Source: Patescibacteria group bacterium (GTDB taxonomy: Bacteria; Patescibacteriota; Patescibacteriia; CAIXNZ01). From it: a stretch of 64,000 bases of DNA. Shown in pieces: positions 21,768 to 31,261 of this stretch. The stretch is from contig JBAZJU010000007.1 in the NCBI GenBank assembly GCA_041651155.1, forward strand, positions 15,693-79,692, in the 5' to 3' direction. The notes under the pieces were generated by a model. The model saw nothing but the letters and a program-made list of their open reading frames with translations, ran no database searches and was not told where the DNA came from. Every line of letters starts with the position of its first letter. The first letter of the stretch is position 1. A program made the position numbers and the translations under genes.

Positions 21768-23909
21768 TTAAAAATATAAAGGCAAGCTCACTTTAAAAAT
21801 ACTCCCTTGGCCTAATTCGCTTTTTACGTTGATCTCTCCGCCATGAGCCTGGACAATCCATTTACAGATTGCCAAGCCAAGTCCGCTGCCCTTTTCCTCA
21901 TTTGAATGATCAATCCTGTAAAAACGCGAAAAAAGATTGGGTAAATCCTTTTCTGCAATGCCAATGCCCTGATCCGCGATCTGAAAATAAACTTTTTGCC
22001 CATCCTGAGAAAGGTTGATTTTAATAATTTTTCCTGCAGGCGTAAATTTTAAGGCATTGCTGACCAGATTAAATAAAAGACTTTTTATTTTCTCACGATC
22101 TGCATTGATAAAAATATTCTTTTCAATATCAGCGAGCAATTCAATGCCCTTGTCTTCAGCCAAAATTAAAGAATCATCAAACATATTTAAAGTTAGCTCG
22201 CTGAAATTTATATTATCTTTTTTTAGCTCAACTTTGCCCACATCAGCCTTTGATAAAAAAATCAAATCTTTAATCAAATTTGAAAGCCTGTCAACCGATC
22301 TGTCCATCCTGACAAATGCTTTGTCAGTTTCAAATTCATTCAGCCTTCGATTGCTCATCAAACTCAAATTACCTTTTAAAACTGCCAGCGGAGTCTGCAG
22401 CTCATGATAAATATCAGCCATAAATAAAGCTTGATTTTCATTGAGATCTTCTAATTGGCGCGTGCGCCTCATAACCTTTTCTTCCAGATTTTTTGAATAT
22501 TTTTTCAGCTCGGTATAAAGAAAAATGTTTTCAAAAGTTAAGCTGAGATGGTTAATCAGACCTTCAAAAATCTGCAGATCCTGCGGATAATAAATTTCTT
22601 GCGAAAGTTTAGGGCCAAAGAAAAAAAAGGCAATCAAATTATTCTTTTTATAGACCGGCAAAATAAGAGTGACCGCGCTTTTTTTTAATAATTCATTGCG
22701 CCACTCAATTTGCTTATCATTGGCAATAAGTTTTTCCAATTCATTGGATTTATTTTGCAATGGTACAGGATATTTATACTTATTAAAATAATCAAGAATC
22801 TGTTTCGGACATTTAGTAGATTTAATAAAATAGGACATTTTCCTGTTAAAATTATGGTTTTTGATTATCATCGGCTCGCGTTTTTCATTTAAGACAACCA
22901 GCAAAATTTTATTTATCTTAACTCTGTTTTCTATAATATTAACGAAACAATCGAAAAATTCATCAAAATCAAATTTGTGATTGCAATTATCACTGATTTC
23001 TTTCAACACAACACGGGGATCATATGGATAGCGGTAAAAAAATTTATCAGTCTTTTTTTGAAAAAATAATTTAAAATTGGGGTATAATAACAGCATTAAA
23101 CTTGCCGAAATAATTGAACTTAAAGCTGGTGTAATCATGAGAGCAAAAAATTGACCAAATATGTAGATCAGCGAAGTGTAAACTGCTAAAAAGAAAGAAA
23201 AAGCTATGCCGTATAAAATCGTGATTTGGATTGCTTTTCTAATATCAAATAATTGGTGCCTTAAAATTGCATACGCAGTAAAAGCGACAAAAAAAACCGT
23301 GCTGAAATTTGCCAATCGAAAATATTGGATATTTACAATTTTTTGCAAAAAAATATTGACGAACAAAGTAAGCGTCACTGAAATTAGAGCTCCCAAAAAT
23401 ACACACAGCAGCTGCATCTTTTTTCTTGCTTTCAACTTTTTATAATTTAATACCCATTTGATGAAGCCCATGCCAAAATAAATTAAAGTAACAATAACAT
23501 CTCCGACAAATAAAGAACCATCTTCAAATAATAATCGGCCATTGGATAAATGAACATCTTTAATGATATATGGGGTAAAAAAACTTAAAAAGGCCAAGAT
23601 AGCTATGGGCAAAAATAATATTTTCGTAAAATATTTATATTTTTTACTTTCAGGAAAATTTAAAGCAAAAAGCAGAAAAAAATAAGCAAGCAATGGACCA
23701 AAAGAAAAATCAAGCTTTAAAAATAAATTATTCCATCTTAGACCTAAAGGCGCATTTTCTAAATAATTAAACACTAACCATACAATTATAAAAATAACCA
23801 AAATAAAAAAAGATCTATTTATCTTTTCTTTTGGCTTATCGCGCACTACCAGAACACCCAATAACGCCAGCATGATTACTATAATTAAAAAAATTAGATT
23901 TAGCATCAT
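21768..23909 (-). CDS. Sensor histidine kinase with a multi-TM (HisKA_7TM-like) N-terminus
   Basis: HELQTPL H-box; NLVSNALKFT, DQGIGI, GSGLGL boxes. Confidence 0.92.
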   Translation of the reverse strand: MMLNLIFLIIVIMLALLGVLVVRDKPKEKINRSFFILVIFIIVWLVFNYLENAPLGLRWNNLFLKLDFSFGPLLAYFFLLFALNFPESKKYKYFTKILFLPIAILAFLSFFTPYIIKDVHLSNGRLLFEDGSLFVGDVIVTLIYFGMGFIKWVLNYKKLKARKKMQLLCVFLGALISVTLTLFVNIFLQKIVNIQYFRLANFSTVFFVAFTAYAILRHQLFDIRKAIQITILYGIAFSFFLAVYTSLIYIFGQFFALMITPALSSIISASLMLLLYPNFKLFFQKKTDKFFYRYPYDPRVVLKEISDNCNHKFDFDEFFDCFVNIIENRVKINKILLVVLNEKREPMIIKNHNFNRKMSYFIKSTKCPKQILDYFNKYKYPVPLQNKSNELEKLIANDKQIEWRNELLKKSAVTLILPVYKKNNLIAFFFFGPKLSQEIYYPQDLQIFEGLINHLSLTFENIFLYTELKKYSKNLEEKVMRRTRQLEDLNENQALFMADIYHELQTPLAVLKGNLSLMSNRRLNEFETDKAFVRMDRSVDRLSNLIKDLIFLSKADVGKVELKKDNINFSELTLNMFDDSLILAEDKGIELLADIEKNIFINADREKIKSLLFNLVSNALKFTPAGKIIKINLSQDGQKVYFQIADQGIGIAEKDLPNLFSRFYRIDHSNEEKGSGLGLAICKWIVQAHGGEINVKSELGQGSIFKVSLPLYF

Positions 23910-24001
23910 ATAAAAATTAACATTCTTTTATATAATTTTAACGTTATCATGCCAATAAAACAAGATCTGCATAATTTTTTGAAAAAATCTAAAAATTTTG
24001 C

Positions 24002-24032
24002 CAAAAAAAAGAGAGACAAAATTGTCCCCCTC
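24002..24032 (-). terminator. Intrinsic terminator after the GNAT-radical SAM gene
   Basis: GGGGGACAA-TT-TTGTCTCTC hairpin followed by a T run on the minus strand. Confidence 0.65.
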
Positions 24033-24049
24033 AATTTTAAATTTTAATT

Positions 24050-25690
24050 TCACTTAACTTCATTTTGCCATGTCTGGTAGCAATCACATTCAGGAAATTG
24101 GACGGGCAAAAGATTGGTTTGGCGATATTTTTCAAGGATCAAATTGATCTCCTTATCGCACTGGCCACAATTGTGTGTAATGGCAATTGGCGGTGGATAA
24201 TCGTCAAAGTGCCCAAGAGAAACAGGATATTTTTGAGATAGCCGTGACAGTATATCCAGCACGCTCCAGAGCCAGGGCGGACGATACTCGCCTTTTTTGT
24301 AGATTTTTGCCAGCTCTGTTCCCTCTTGAATAAATGCTACCTGCAACAAGGTTAATTTTGAGCCATTGTTGCTTGCCCATTCAACCGTCTTTATGGTTTC
24401 AGCAATGGCTTCTTTTTCAGATAAACCGAGCGGTTTAAGCAGAACATACGTGCAGGGTATTACTCCTTCATTTTCTAAGAGTTTAACTGCCTTCTGATAG
24501 TCCCGCAGAGAAAAACCCTTGTTGATATTCTTTTCTCTGATCTGATCGCTAACAGTTTCCAATCCAATGGCCACCTTTAGAGTTAGACCAGGCCTAGCCA
24601 TTGCTTTTAGCTTCTGGACGTTTTCACCCGTGACGAATTCTGGACGAGATTCAATCATTACCTCTTTAATCTGACCAATCTGATTTAGACGTTTGAATAG
24701 CGAAGCCATGATGTGGTCGGGAATCTCCCAAAAACTGCCACCAGTGAAAAGATCAAGGCAGCTCGTATCTTTGAGGTGAAGCAAGGCCCTCTCAAAAATA
24801 CTGACGAAGTCGGTTAAATTGATTCCCATCATTTTGGCTATCCCCCAAAATTGGTCTAAACCACGCTGAAAGCCGCACATAGTGCAGCCGCCTTGAGCGC
24901 TTTTTGCCCAGTAACATCCGCCAGGGAAGGCAAAAATCATATGCGTCTCATTTTTCCGGCTGAAATGGTTAAAGACTTTGGTTAGGTAGTAAGGCAGAAG
25001 AGGATTTTTCCACTTAACAATTGCCGCGCAATTGCAGCTTTCTTCGTCAGGGTAATAATTCTCCAGAACATCTACCAGCTCCAACCCCATGTTGGTATGC
25101 AATCGAATCACAGGATCTAGCGGCCTGCCTTTTTCATCTGTGGCAAAGGCATATTCTTTTGCGGTCATTTTGTTTTTAACCTTATGGTAGCCGGGCAATC
25201 GAGGCGAACTAAGGGCAAAAGACAATCCCTTTTTTATGGCCAGTGCCATATATGCCTGCATTAATGCAGTGGCGACATTGGGTGGCGCATCTGGAATTAC
25301 TCCTATATTTGTGCCTGACAGCGTATCGCCCATGGGATCGTGGTTTCTAATTAGCCCATTATCAGTTCGCTCAAAATAACTTTTTGGTTGGTTTTCCCAA
25401 GAATAATCTTCCAGCAGAGCTGAAGCAATCCCTAGAACCTCGTTGCCTTTAACAGCAATTTTCACCCCTTCTGGGAAGATTTTCATCCGAGATACCAATA
25501 TTTCGGTGGTCGCGCGCTGGCTTTCTTTTGGCCAGGATTTATGTTCAGCTACGATCATAGCAGGTATATCTGCAAGCGTTGCATCTCTAATCAGGATGCA
25601 ATTTGCCTGCTGTAAATCCTCCTGCGTAGCCAAACGAATCATAAGCAATTCTTCTGGCTTTGCATTTTCTTTCATAACCCAGATTGACAT
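24050..25690 (-). CDS. GNAT acetyltransferase fused to a RaSEA/TIGR01210-like radical SAM domain
   Basis: N-terminal FPEGV...RLPGY...DPVIRLH GNAT-like domain; GCYW-x6-GCTMCG, FTGGSF, IESRPEFV, IGLET, YVLLKP, YRPPWLWS, HNCGQC...CDC; SD GAAAGGAG. Confidence 0.8.
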   Translation of the reverse strand: MSIWVMKENAKPEELLMIRLATQEDLQQANCILIRDATLADIPAMIVAEHKSWPKESQRATTEILVSRMKIFPEGVKIAVKGNEVLGIASALLEDYSWENQPKSYFERTDNGLIRNHDPMGDTLSGTNIGVIPDAPPNVATALMQAYMALAIKKGLSFALSSPRLPGYHKVKNKMTAKEYAFATDEKGRPLDPVIRLHTNMGLELVDVLENYYPDEESCNCAAIVKWKNPLLPYYLTKVFNHFSRKNETHMIFAFPGGCYWAKSAQGGCTMCGFQRGLDQFWGIAKMMGINLTDFVSIFERALLHLKDTSCLDLFTGGSFWEIPDHIMASLFKRLNQIGQIKEVMIESRPEFVTGENVQKLKAMARPGLTLKVAIGLETVSDQIREKNINKGFSLRDYQKAVKLLENEGVIPCTYVLLKPLGLSEKEAIAETIKTVEWASNNGSKLTLLQVAFIQEGTELAKIYKKGEYRPPWLWSVLDILSRLSQKYPVSLGHFDDYPPPIAITHNCGQCDKEINLILEKYRQTNLLPVQFPECDCYQTWQNEVK

Positions 25691-25838
25691 CTGACTCTCC
25701 TTTCTTGTTTGGAAATTTAAAGAACATTCGCAAATAAAAAACTCCCCCTTTTATTAAAGGATAATGTATTTAAAATTAAAAAAACTTTAACGTGGTGTTA
25801 AAGCTTTATTAAATCCAAATTAAAAATAAATTAAAACA

Positions 25839-26513
25839 TTATTCTTCCGAAATCTTATAGCCGCTGCCGTGAATCGTTTTAATCAATTTCTTTTTAAATC
25901 CGTCGTCTATTTTTTTTCTTAAATAACGCACATGGACATCCACTGTGTTGGTAAATGGATCTATATTCATGTCCCAAACATGCTCTAAGATCATACTGCG
26001 GGTTAAAACCACATTGGGATTTCTCATTAAATATTCTAACAGGTCAAATTCTCTATGCCTTAAATCTATTTTTTTATCATCTCTTTTAATTTCGTGCGTT
26101 TTTAAATCCATTTCCAAATCAGCGATTTTCAATTTAGTGCCAGTCTGGTAATATTTGCCCCGATTCATCAATGCCCTTATTCTGGCAATTAATTCTTCTA
26201 TGGCAAAAGGCTTAGTTAAATAATCATTGGCGCCCAGGTCAAAGGCTTCAACCTTTTTTTTGATTTCATTTTCTACTGTCAAAATAATCACTGGCAGTTC
26301 AGGCTTTGTTTCCCTGATTTTCTTAAAAACCTCCAAACCATAAATATCTGGCAATCTTAAATCCAAAACTACCAAATCATAGTCATTTATTAAGGCGCAA
26401 TAAATCCCGTCTTTGCCATTATTGGCGCAGTCAACTGCAAAGTGCTCTGCTTGCAAGCCCTTTTTAAGAAAACTGGCAATATCCTTTTCATCCTCTATAA
26501 TTAATATCCTCAT
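25839..26513 (-). CDS. OmpR/PhoB-family response regulator
   Basis: RILIIEDE, LDLRLPD, DYLTKPF, TNTVDVHV. Confidence 0.95.
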   Translation of the reverse strand: MRILIIEDEKDIASFLKKGLQAEHFAVDCANNGKDGIYCALINDYDLVVLDLRLPDIYGLEVFKKIRETKPELPVIILTVENEIKKKVEAFDLGANDYLTKPFAIEELIARIRALMNRGKYYQTGTKLKIADLEMDLKTHEIKRDDKKIDLRHREFDLLEYLMRNPNVVLTRSMILEHVWDMNIDPFTNTVDVHVRYLRKKIDDGFKKKLIKTIHGSGYKISEE

Positions 26514-26723
26514 AATTTTAATATTAATGTGCTTATAGATTAGCTTTTTTTATGAAATATTACAAATCTTAATGAATTGCAAAAAAATTACGTCTAAATA
26601 TTAAGAATTATTTGAGTTTATAATAACTATTAGCCGATTAAATATAGATTAAATTTTCCTTAATTAAAAATTAACAATATAAAAAGAGAGTCTAAGAAAT
26701 ACCCCCTTTTTCATCTAATTAAA

Positions 26724-28574
26724 TTATTTTAATTTTAGCCATTTCATCAGTAATATCGTGCCCTTATCATTATAAGCCAAAGCTTTTACTATGCCCCAGT
26801 CTAAATTAGAAGTAGGCAACCGCTTCATATAATTTGCAAAAGCACGGATGGCAATGGCTTCTTTGGTTAAGTCTCGTTCCTCAGCTTGATTATAAGCTAC
26901 CATATTAACGAACTGCCAATCAAGATCGCTTGCGGGTTTTGTTTTGAAAAACTGTATAAACAAATCAATCGCTTGCCTTTCTTTCTCAAAATCGCGCTCA
27001 AAAAGCTGGGAAGATGGCTGGCCAGCAGAATTGTCAGCTTGCAATGAAGCCTGAATATTATTTTCTTCCGTTGTAAAATATTCTACATTAACGTCAGTGA
27101 CTTTGGGTTCAAAATTCGTATTGGGCCGATATAAATAAATAATATACTGTAAATACCGGCTCTGGTTTAAAAATGCTAAATCATTATTTTTTGGACTGGT
27201 AAAAAAAGCTGTCCTGTCGCCCTTGGGACCCCAAAAATCACCTTGCAACGGCAATTTATCTCCGGTCCTGACTTGAAACATAATCTCACCTGATTGATTA
27301 ACTAATTTTCTAATGTCCATTAGCCCAAACGCGGCATTGGCCAAAAAAACCTCGTCCATATCGCCCTTGAAAACATTAAGCATTTTTTCTTCTTTATCCT
27401 GCCAGCGATAGCCAACACAGCCTAACCAGCTAGGAAAATTATCTAGACTGAGTTTCGGCGATAATTTTATGGCGGCGCCATCATAATTTTGTGAGATATT
27501 TGTACACTCAATTCCGTTAATATAGATTTTTATGGTTTTGGCTTTATCATCATAAACCGCAGCCACGTGATACCAAGAACCTTTCTCAAAATTAAATTTA
27601 TTATTTTGGCCAATCACCCAGTGTTCTTTATTTCCATCAGGCCAATACATCAAAGATAAAGAGCCATTTTTAAAACCAAAAAAAAGATTATATTTTAATT
27701 CATAAGGCTTTTTATCAGCATAGTCTCCATAAGCTTTTGTAAAAATAGCAAAATTCTGATCTTCGCTGCCGTTGAGGGTATTGACGCTGGGCTGGATCCA
27801 GGCGCCAATCGTAAAAGAACCCGTAAAAGTAATATTCTGGGGAATCTTTACCATTGATTTATAACCATCAAATTTATAGGCATTAGAATTATAGATTCCC
27901 CTTGTTAGTCCGACTAAGTTGTTCTGACATTTATACTTAGCGTAAGCAGCTGCTGTGCAATTATCTAAAGAATCAAAATCCCAAATAGCCATAATGCCTT
28001 TGGGATAAACAGGCTTTTGATTATAATTATTATCCATTTCCCAGCTCAGACTTTTCCACTGGCTGATCGTCTTATCAGAACCTATTGGCTGTGATATATA
28101 ACTGCCGGCCAGCTGGCCAGCTTGCAAAGTGATACTGTTGTCATCCCATTGCGCTAAATTAAACTTGCCTTTGGCAAAATCAGTAGCTTCTTTAGCCTGG
28201 TATAAAGCGCTATAAACTTTAGGCTGGGCATCGCCTTCTCTGGGAATATTTAAAAAAATTAAGCTCACAATGACTAATTTTATGGCTAAAAATCCAAGAG
28301 TACTGCCAATAATTTTTTTCATCAAGCCATTAACATTTTTATGCTGATGAAAGGAAGCCGCATACGTGCCCTTATTATCTTTCTGCGCCAGATCATCAAA
28401 AGAGTCTGCAGGTTTTTGCAAGAGCAACTGCGGAGCAATTTTAAGTTTTTCCTGAAAACTTAATTGTTGGCCTAATGATTTAATGGCCTGGGCAACGCTA
28501 AAAACTAAAAAAATCAGCAAAATCAGCAGGACAATGTCTAGCAAATATGAAATTGTAAATAAAAGATAAAGCAT
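26724..28574 (-). CDS. Membrane-anchored LamG (concanavalin-like) domain surface protein with a duplicated C-terminal motif
   Basis: FTIGAWIQP, WYHVAAVYD, FKGDMDEV; N-terminal TM helices. Confidence 0.75.
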   Translation of the reverse strand: MLYLLFTISYLLDIVLLILLIFLVFSVAQAIKSLGQQLSFQEKLKIAPQLLLQKPADSFDDLAQKDNKGTYAASFHQHKNVNGLMKKIIGSTLGFLAIKLVIVSLIFLNIPREGDAQPKVYSALYQAKEATDFAKGKFNLAQWDDNSITLQAGQLAGSYISQPIGSDKTISQWKSLSWEMDNNYNQKPVYPKGIMAIWDFDSLDNCTAAAYAKYKCQNNLVGLTRGIYNSNAYKFDGYKSMVKIPQNITFTGSFTIGAWIQPSVNTLNGSEDQNFAIFTKAYGDYADKKPYELKYNLFFGFKNGSLSLMYWPDGNKEHWVIGQNNKFNFEKGSWYHVAAVYDDKAKTIKIYINGIECTNISQNYDGAAIKLSPKLSLDNFPSWLGCVGYRWQDKEEKMLNVFKGDMDEVFLANAAFGLMDIRKLVNQSGEIMFQVRTGDKLPLQGDFWGPKGDRTAFFTSPKNNDLAFLNQSRYLQYIIYLYRPNTNFEPKVTDVNVEYFTTEENNIQASLQADNSAGQPSSQLFERDFEKERQAIDLFIQFFKTKPASDLDWQFVNMVAYNQAEERDLTKEAIAIRAFANYMKRLPTSNLDWGIVKALAYNDKGTILLMKWLKLK

Positions 28575-28809
28575 AGAATTATAATAACAAATAGCAAAAT
28601 CTAAATAAAAAAAGATCGGCTTTAAACTTATTATATTATAGCAAAATTTTTCACTTTTTTACAAGCCTTTATTTAATTGACAAAATATCTGTTTTTTAAT
28701 ATGTTTAAGGCACATAAAAAATTGTCTGGGGGGACAATTTTTTGATTTATACTTTCTTTGAAAAAAAACTCCGCCTGGCGGGTAAAAAATATCAATCAAG
28801 GAGGAAAAG

Positions 28810-29481
28810 ATGGAAAAGCTTCTGGTCTTCGCTTCGGGCGAAAAAGAAGGAGGCGGTTCAGGTTTTCAGGAACTGGTGGAAAATTCCAAAACTGGAGTTT
28901 TACCAGCGGAAATTGTCGCTGTAGTTTCTCATCATAAAAACGGCGGAGTGAAAGAGAAGGCTGACAAACTCGGCATTCCGTTTGAATTCTGGCCCGGTCC
29001 TTTTACAGCCGAGGGTTATCTGCAGATTTTTAACAAATACGGAGCGCGCTGGGTATCGTTATCTGGTTGGATAAAAATTGTCTATGGCCTGCCTGTCTGG
29101 CGCACTGTTAATATCCATCCGGCTCTTGTGTTTGGCTTTGGTGGCAAAAGTTGGTATGGACACAGTGTGCATGAACGGGTCACAGCTGCATTTAAAGAAG
29201 GCGGGATCACAAGCTCTGCCGTCTGTATGCATTTCGCGACCCCAATCATTGACGATCCAAAAGCCCTTTTCTTCAATTTCCCGGTTTTAATCCGGCAGGA
29301 CGATGATGCTGACAGCCTGAGTAAAAGAGTGAATAAAATAGAGCACAGCTGGCAGTCGCTCATTACCGGTTTAGTAGTTACAGAGCAAATCCGCTATCAG
29401 GAAGAGACAGTGCTTGTGCCTGCCTGGTACAAAGAACTTCCTTTTTGCCCTGAGACCTGCCGAGCCTACAAAACAAAATGA
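28810..29481 (+). CDS. purN: Phosphoribosylglycinamide formyltransferase
   Basis: VFASG...GSGFQ, LSGW, VNIHPAL, YGHSVH, EH motifs; SD GGAGG. Confidence 0.85.
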   Translation: MEKLLVFASGEKEGGGSGFQELVENSKTGVLPAEIVAVVSHHKNGGVKEKADKLGIPFEFWPGPFTAEGYLQIFNKYGARWVSLSGWIKIVYGLPVWRTVNIHPALVFGFGGKSWYGHSVHERVTAAFKEGGITSSAVCMHFATPIIDDPKALFFNFPVLIRQDDDADSLSKRVNKIEHSWQSLITGLVVTEQIRYQEETVLVPAWYKELPFCPETCRAYKTK

Positions 29482-29485
29482 AAAG

Positions 29486-29535
29486 AAAAGCCCCGGACAA
29501 TTCCGCATTGCGGAAAGTACGGGGCTTATTTTTTT
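29486..29535. terminator. Bidirectional terminator between convergent purN and HAD genes
   Basis: AAAAGCCCCGGAC...GTACGGGGCTTATTTT. Confidence 0.7.
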
Positions 29536-29542
29536 GGGTTTT

Positions 29543-30511
29543 TTACAAATCAAGTATTTCTATGGCTTGCCTCCAGTCATAGAAAACGAAATTGCCTGAG
29601 CCAGCATTTTCATTTCCCTTTTCAGGGTCGTAATTTGGATTGAAATATCCAAAGCGAACGCCTGCATTTTTGGCTAACCCGCCGTCTTTGTTGAGGTCAT
29701 CGCCAAAATAAATCGTCCTGGCCTTAGCAACTTCTTTGAATTCCTGAAATTGCCTGGCTGCTAATGAAGAAAACTGGCTTTTCAACCAAATTCTATAAAG
29801 CATATCAACCAGGATTGGATTTGGCTTGGCTGCCTGCACATAATCAATCTTAGTTGAACCGCGCAAATCATCGTCGGTTAGAAGCAGACACGGGCATTTG
29901 ATTTTCCAGGCAGCAAAAGTCTGCTTTATAAAGACCTCGTGCCCGGAAGAAATAATCCCAGAGACATTGTAGCTCCCTGGTTCCTGGCAGCGCAGTTTCT
30001 GGTAAAATTGCACAAAGCCTGGACAGGGGGTCGGATAGTGTTCTCCGATTTTGACAAGCAGAGTATTTAGCTTTGCCCGAACCAGAAATTCTGTAATGGT
30101 TTGTTCGGGTTTCTTGTCATCCCATATCCAGGGAAATCCCTTGCCAGAAGCCACGCAAGCAGAGAGCCTTTCATTCATGGGTTTCCCCATAAATTTGTCA
30201 TGGAAAGCTGCTTTTGCCTTGGTGATCAGAGATTGACGGCTACCAGGCAATTCTTTTTCTGCTTGTTCCAAAATAGCTCTTATCAGTTCTCCAGGCGCTC
30301 TGTTTTTCAGGCCATTAACTGAATGCAACAACTCAAAGGCATCTTTTTCCCAGATCATGTTAAGTGCCTGGCCATAAGCGCCTACCACGATATTGTCTGA
30401 CTCATTGGGTATGTGCAAGAAAGTATGGGCAACAGTGTTGTCAAAATCAAAGAAAAAAAACATTGTTTTTTCCAGCGATATCAGGAATCGCTTAAAGTCC
30501 TGCTTTGTCAT
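29543..30511 (-). CDS. HAD-superfamily hydrolase
   Basis: FDFDNT motif I, SSG motif II, AKPNP, FGDD...D motif IV; SD GAGG. Confidence 0.8.
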   Translation of the reverse strand: MTKQDFKRFLISLEKTMFFFFDFDNTVAHTFLHIPNESDNIVVGAYGQALNMIWEKDAFELLHSVNGLKNRAPGELIRAILEQAEKELPGSRQSLITKAKAAFHDKFMGKPMNERLSACVASGKGFPWIWDDKKPEQTITEFLVRAKLNTLLVKIGEHYPTPCPGFVQFYQKLRCQEPGSYNVSGIISSGHEVFIKQTFAAWKIKCPCLLLTDDDLRGSTKIDYVQAAKPNPILVDMLYRIWLKSQFSSLAARQFQEFKEVAKARTIYFGDDLNKDGGLAKNAGVRFGYFNPNYDPEKGNENAGSGNFVFYDWRQAIEILDL

Positions 30512-30686
30512 AGTTTCCTCCTATTCTTAGACTAGGCAGTCGCTGTTTCTTGGCTAATCAATCAAGGCTAAAATGTTTAACTTTTGAAAGATCAATTGCT
30601 ATTTATTATCTAACTATAATATATTTAATAAGTCAACTAAATTGCGAATGTTGAAAAATTTTTCACTTGTGCTAAGCTGTAGATGT

Positions 30687-31241
30687 ATGAATAATTGGTA
30701 TGTGCTGACCGGAGCGCCTTGTTCCGGGAAAACAACTTTAATTGAAATGCTGCAGGAAAAAGGCTTTCAGACTACGCCCGAATTAGCTAGAGTTTATATT
30801 GACGAGCAACTAGCCAAGGGAATTACTCTGGAAGAATTACGACAAGATGAATTAGCTTTTCAAAGAAAAATTCTGCAGTTTAAAATTGATTTTGAAAAAA
30901 AATTAGATCCCCAGTCAATTATTTTTTTAGACCGAGGCATCCCTGACAGCCAGGCTTATTATAAATTGTGCGGTTTAGAAAACGATCCTATCCTGGCTGA
31001 GGCAGTGAGAAATTCAGTTTACAAAAAAGTTTTTTTATTTGAATCATGGCCATTAGAAAAAGATTATGCTAGAACAGAAACACCAGAGGGGCAAATTAAA
31101 CTCTATAAATATTTGCAGGAAGCTTATCAAAAATTAAATATCCCTTTGATTAAAGTGCCTGTTGTTCATAAAACAGACAAGAATAATCTCCCAATAAATT
31201 GGCGAGAAAAAAGATTGAGTTATATTTTAGATAATCTGTAA
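30687..31241 (+). CDS. P-loop ATPase/kinase (AAA_28, NadR/Ttd14-like)
   Basis: VLTGAPCSGKTT, ELAR, LDRGIPDS. Confidence 0.85.
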   Translation: MNNWYVLTGAPCSGKTTLIEMLQEKGFQTTPELARVYIDEQLAKGITLEELRQDELAFQRKILQFKIDFEKKLDPQSIIFLDRGIPDSQAYYKLCGLENDPILAEAVRNSVYKKVFLFESWPLEKDYARTETPEGQIKLYKYLQEAYQKLNIPLIKVPVVHKTDKNNLPINWREKRLSYILDNL

Positions 31242-31261
31242 AAAATAATCTAAATCAGCTT

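Noticed and set aside
28715-28800. ZTP (pfl) riboswitch upstream of purN
   Set aside because: Only CCGCCTGG resembles the motif; the P1/P2 consensus is absent
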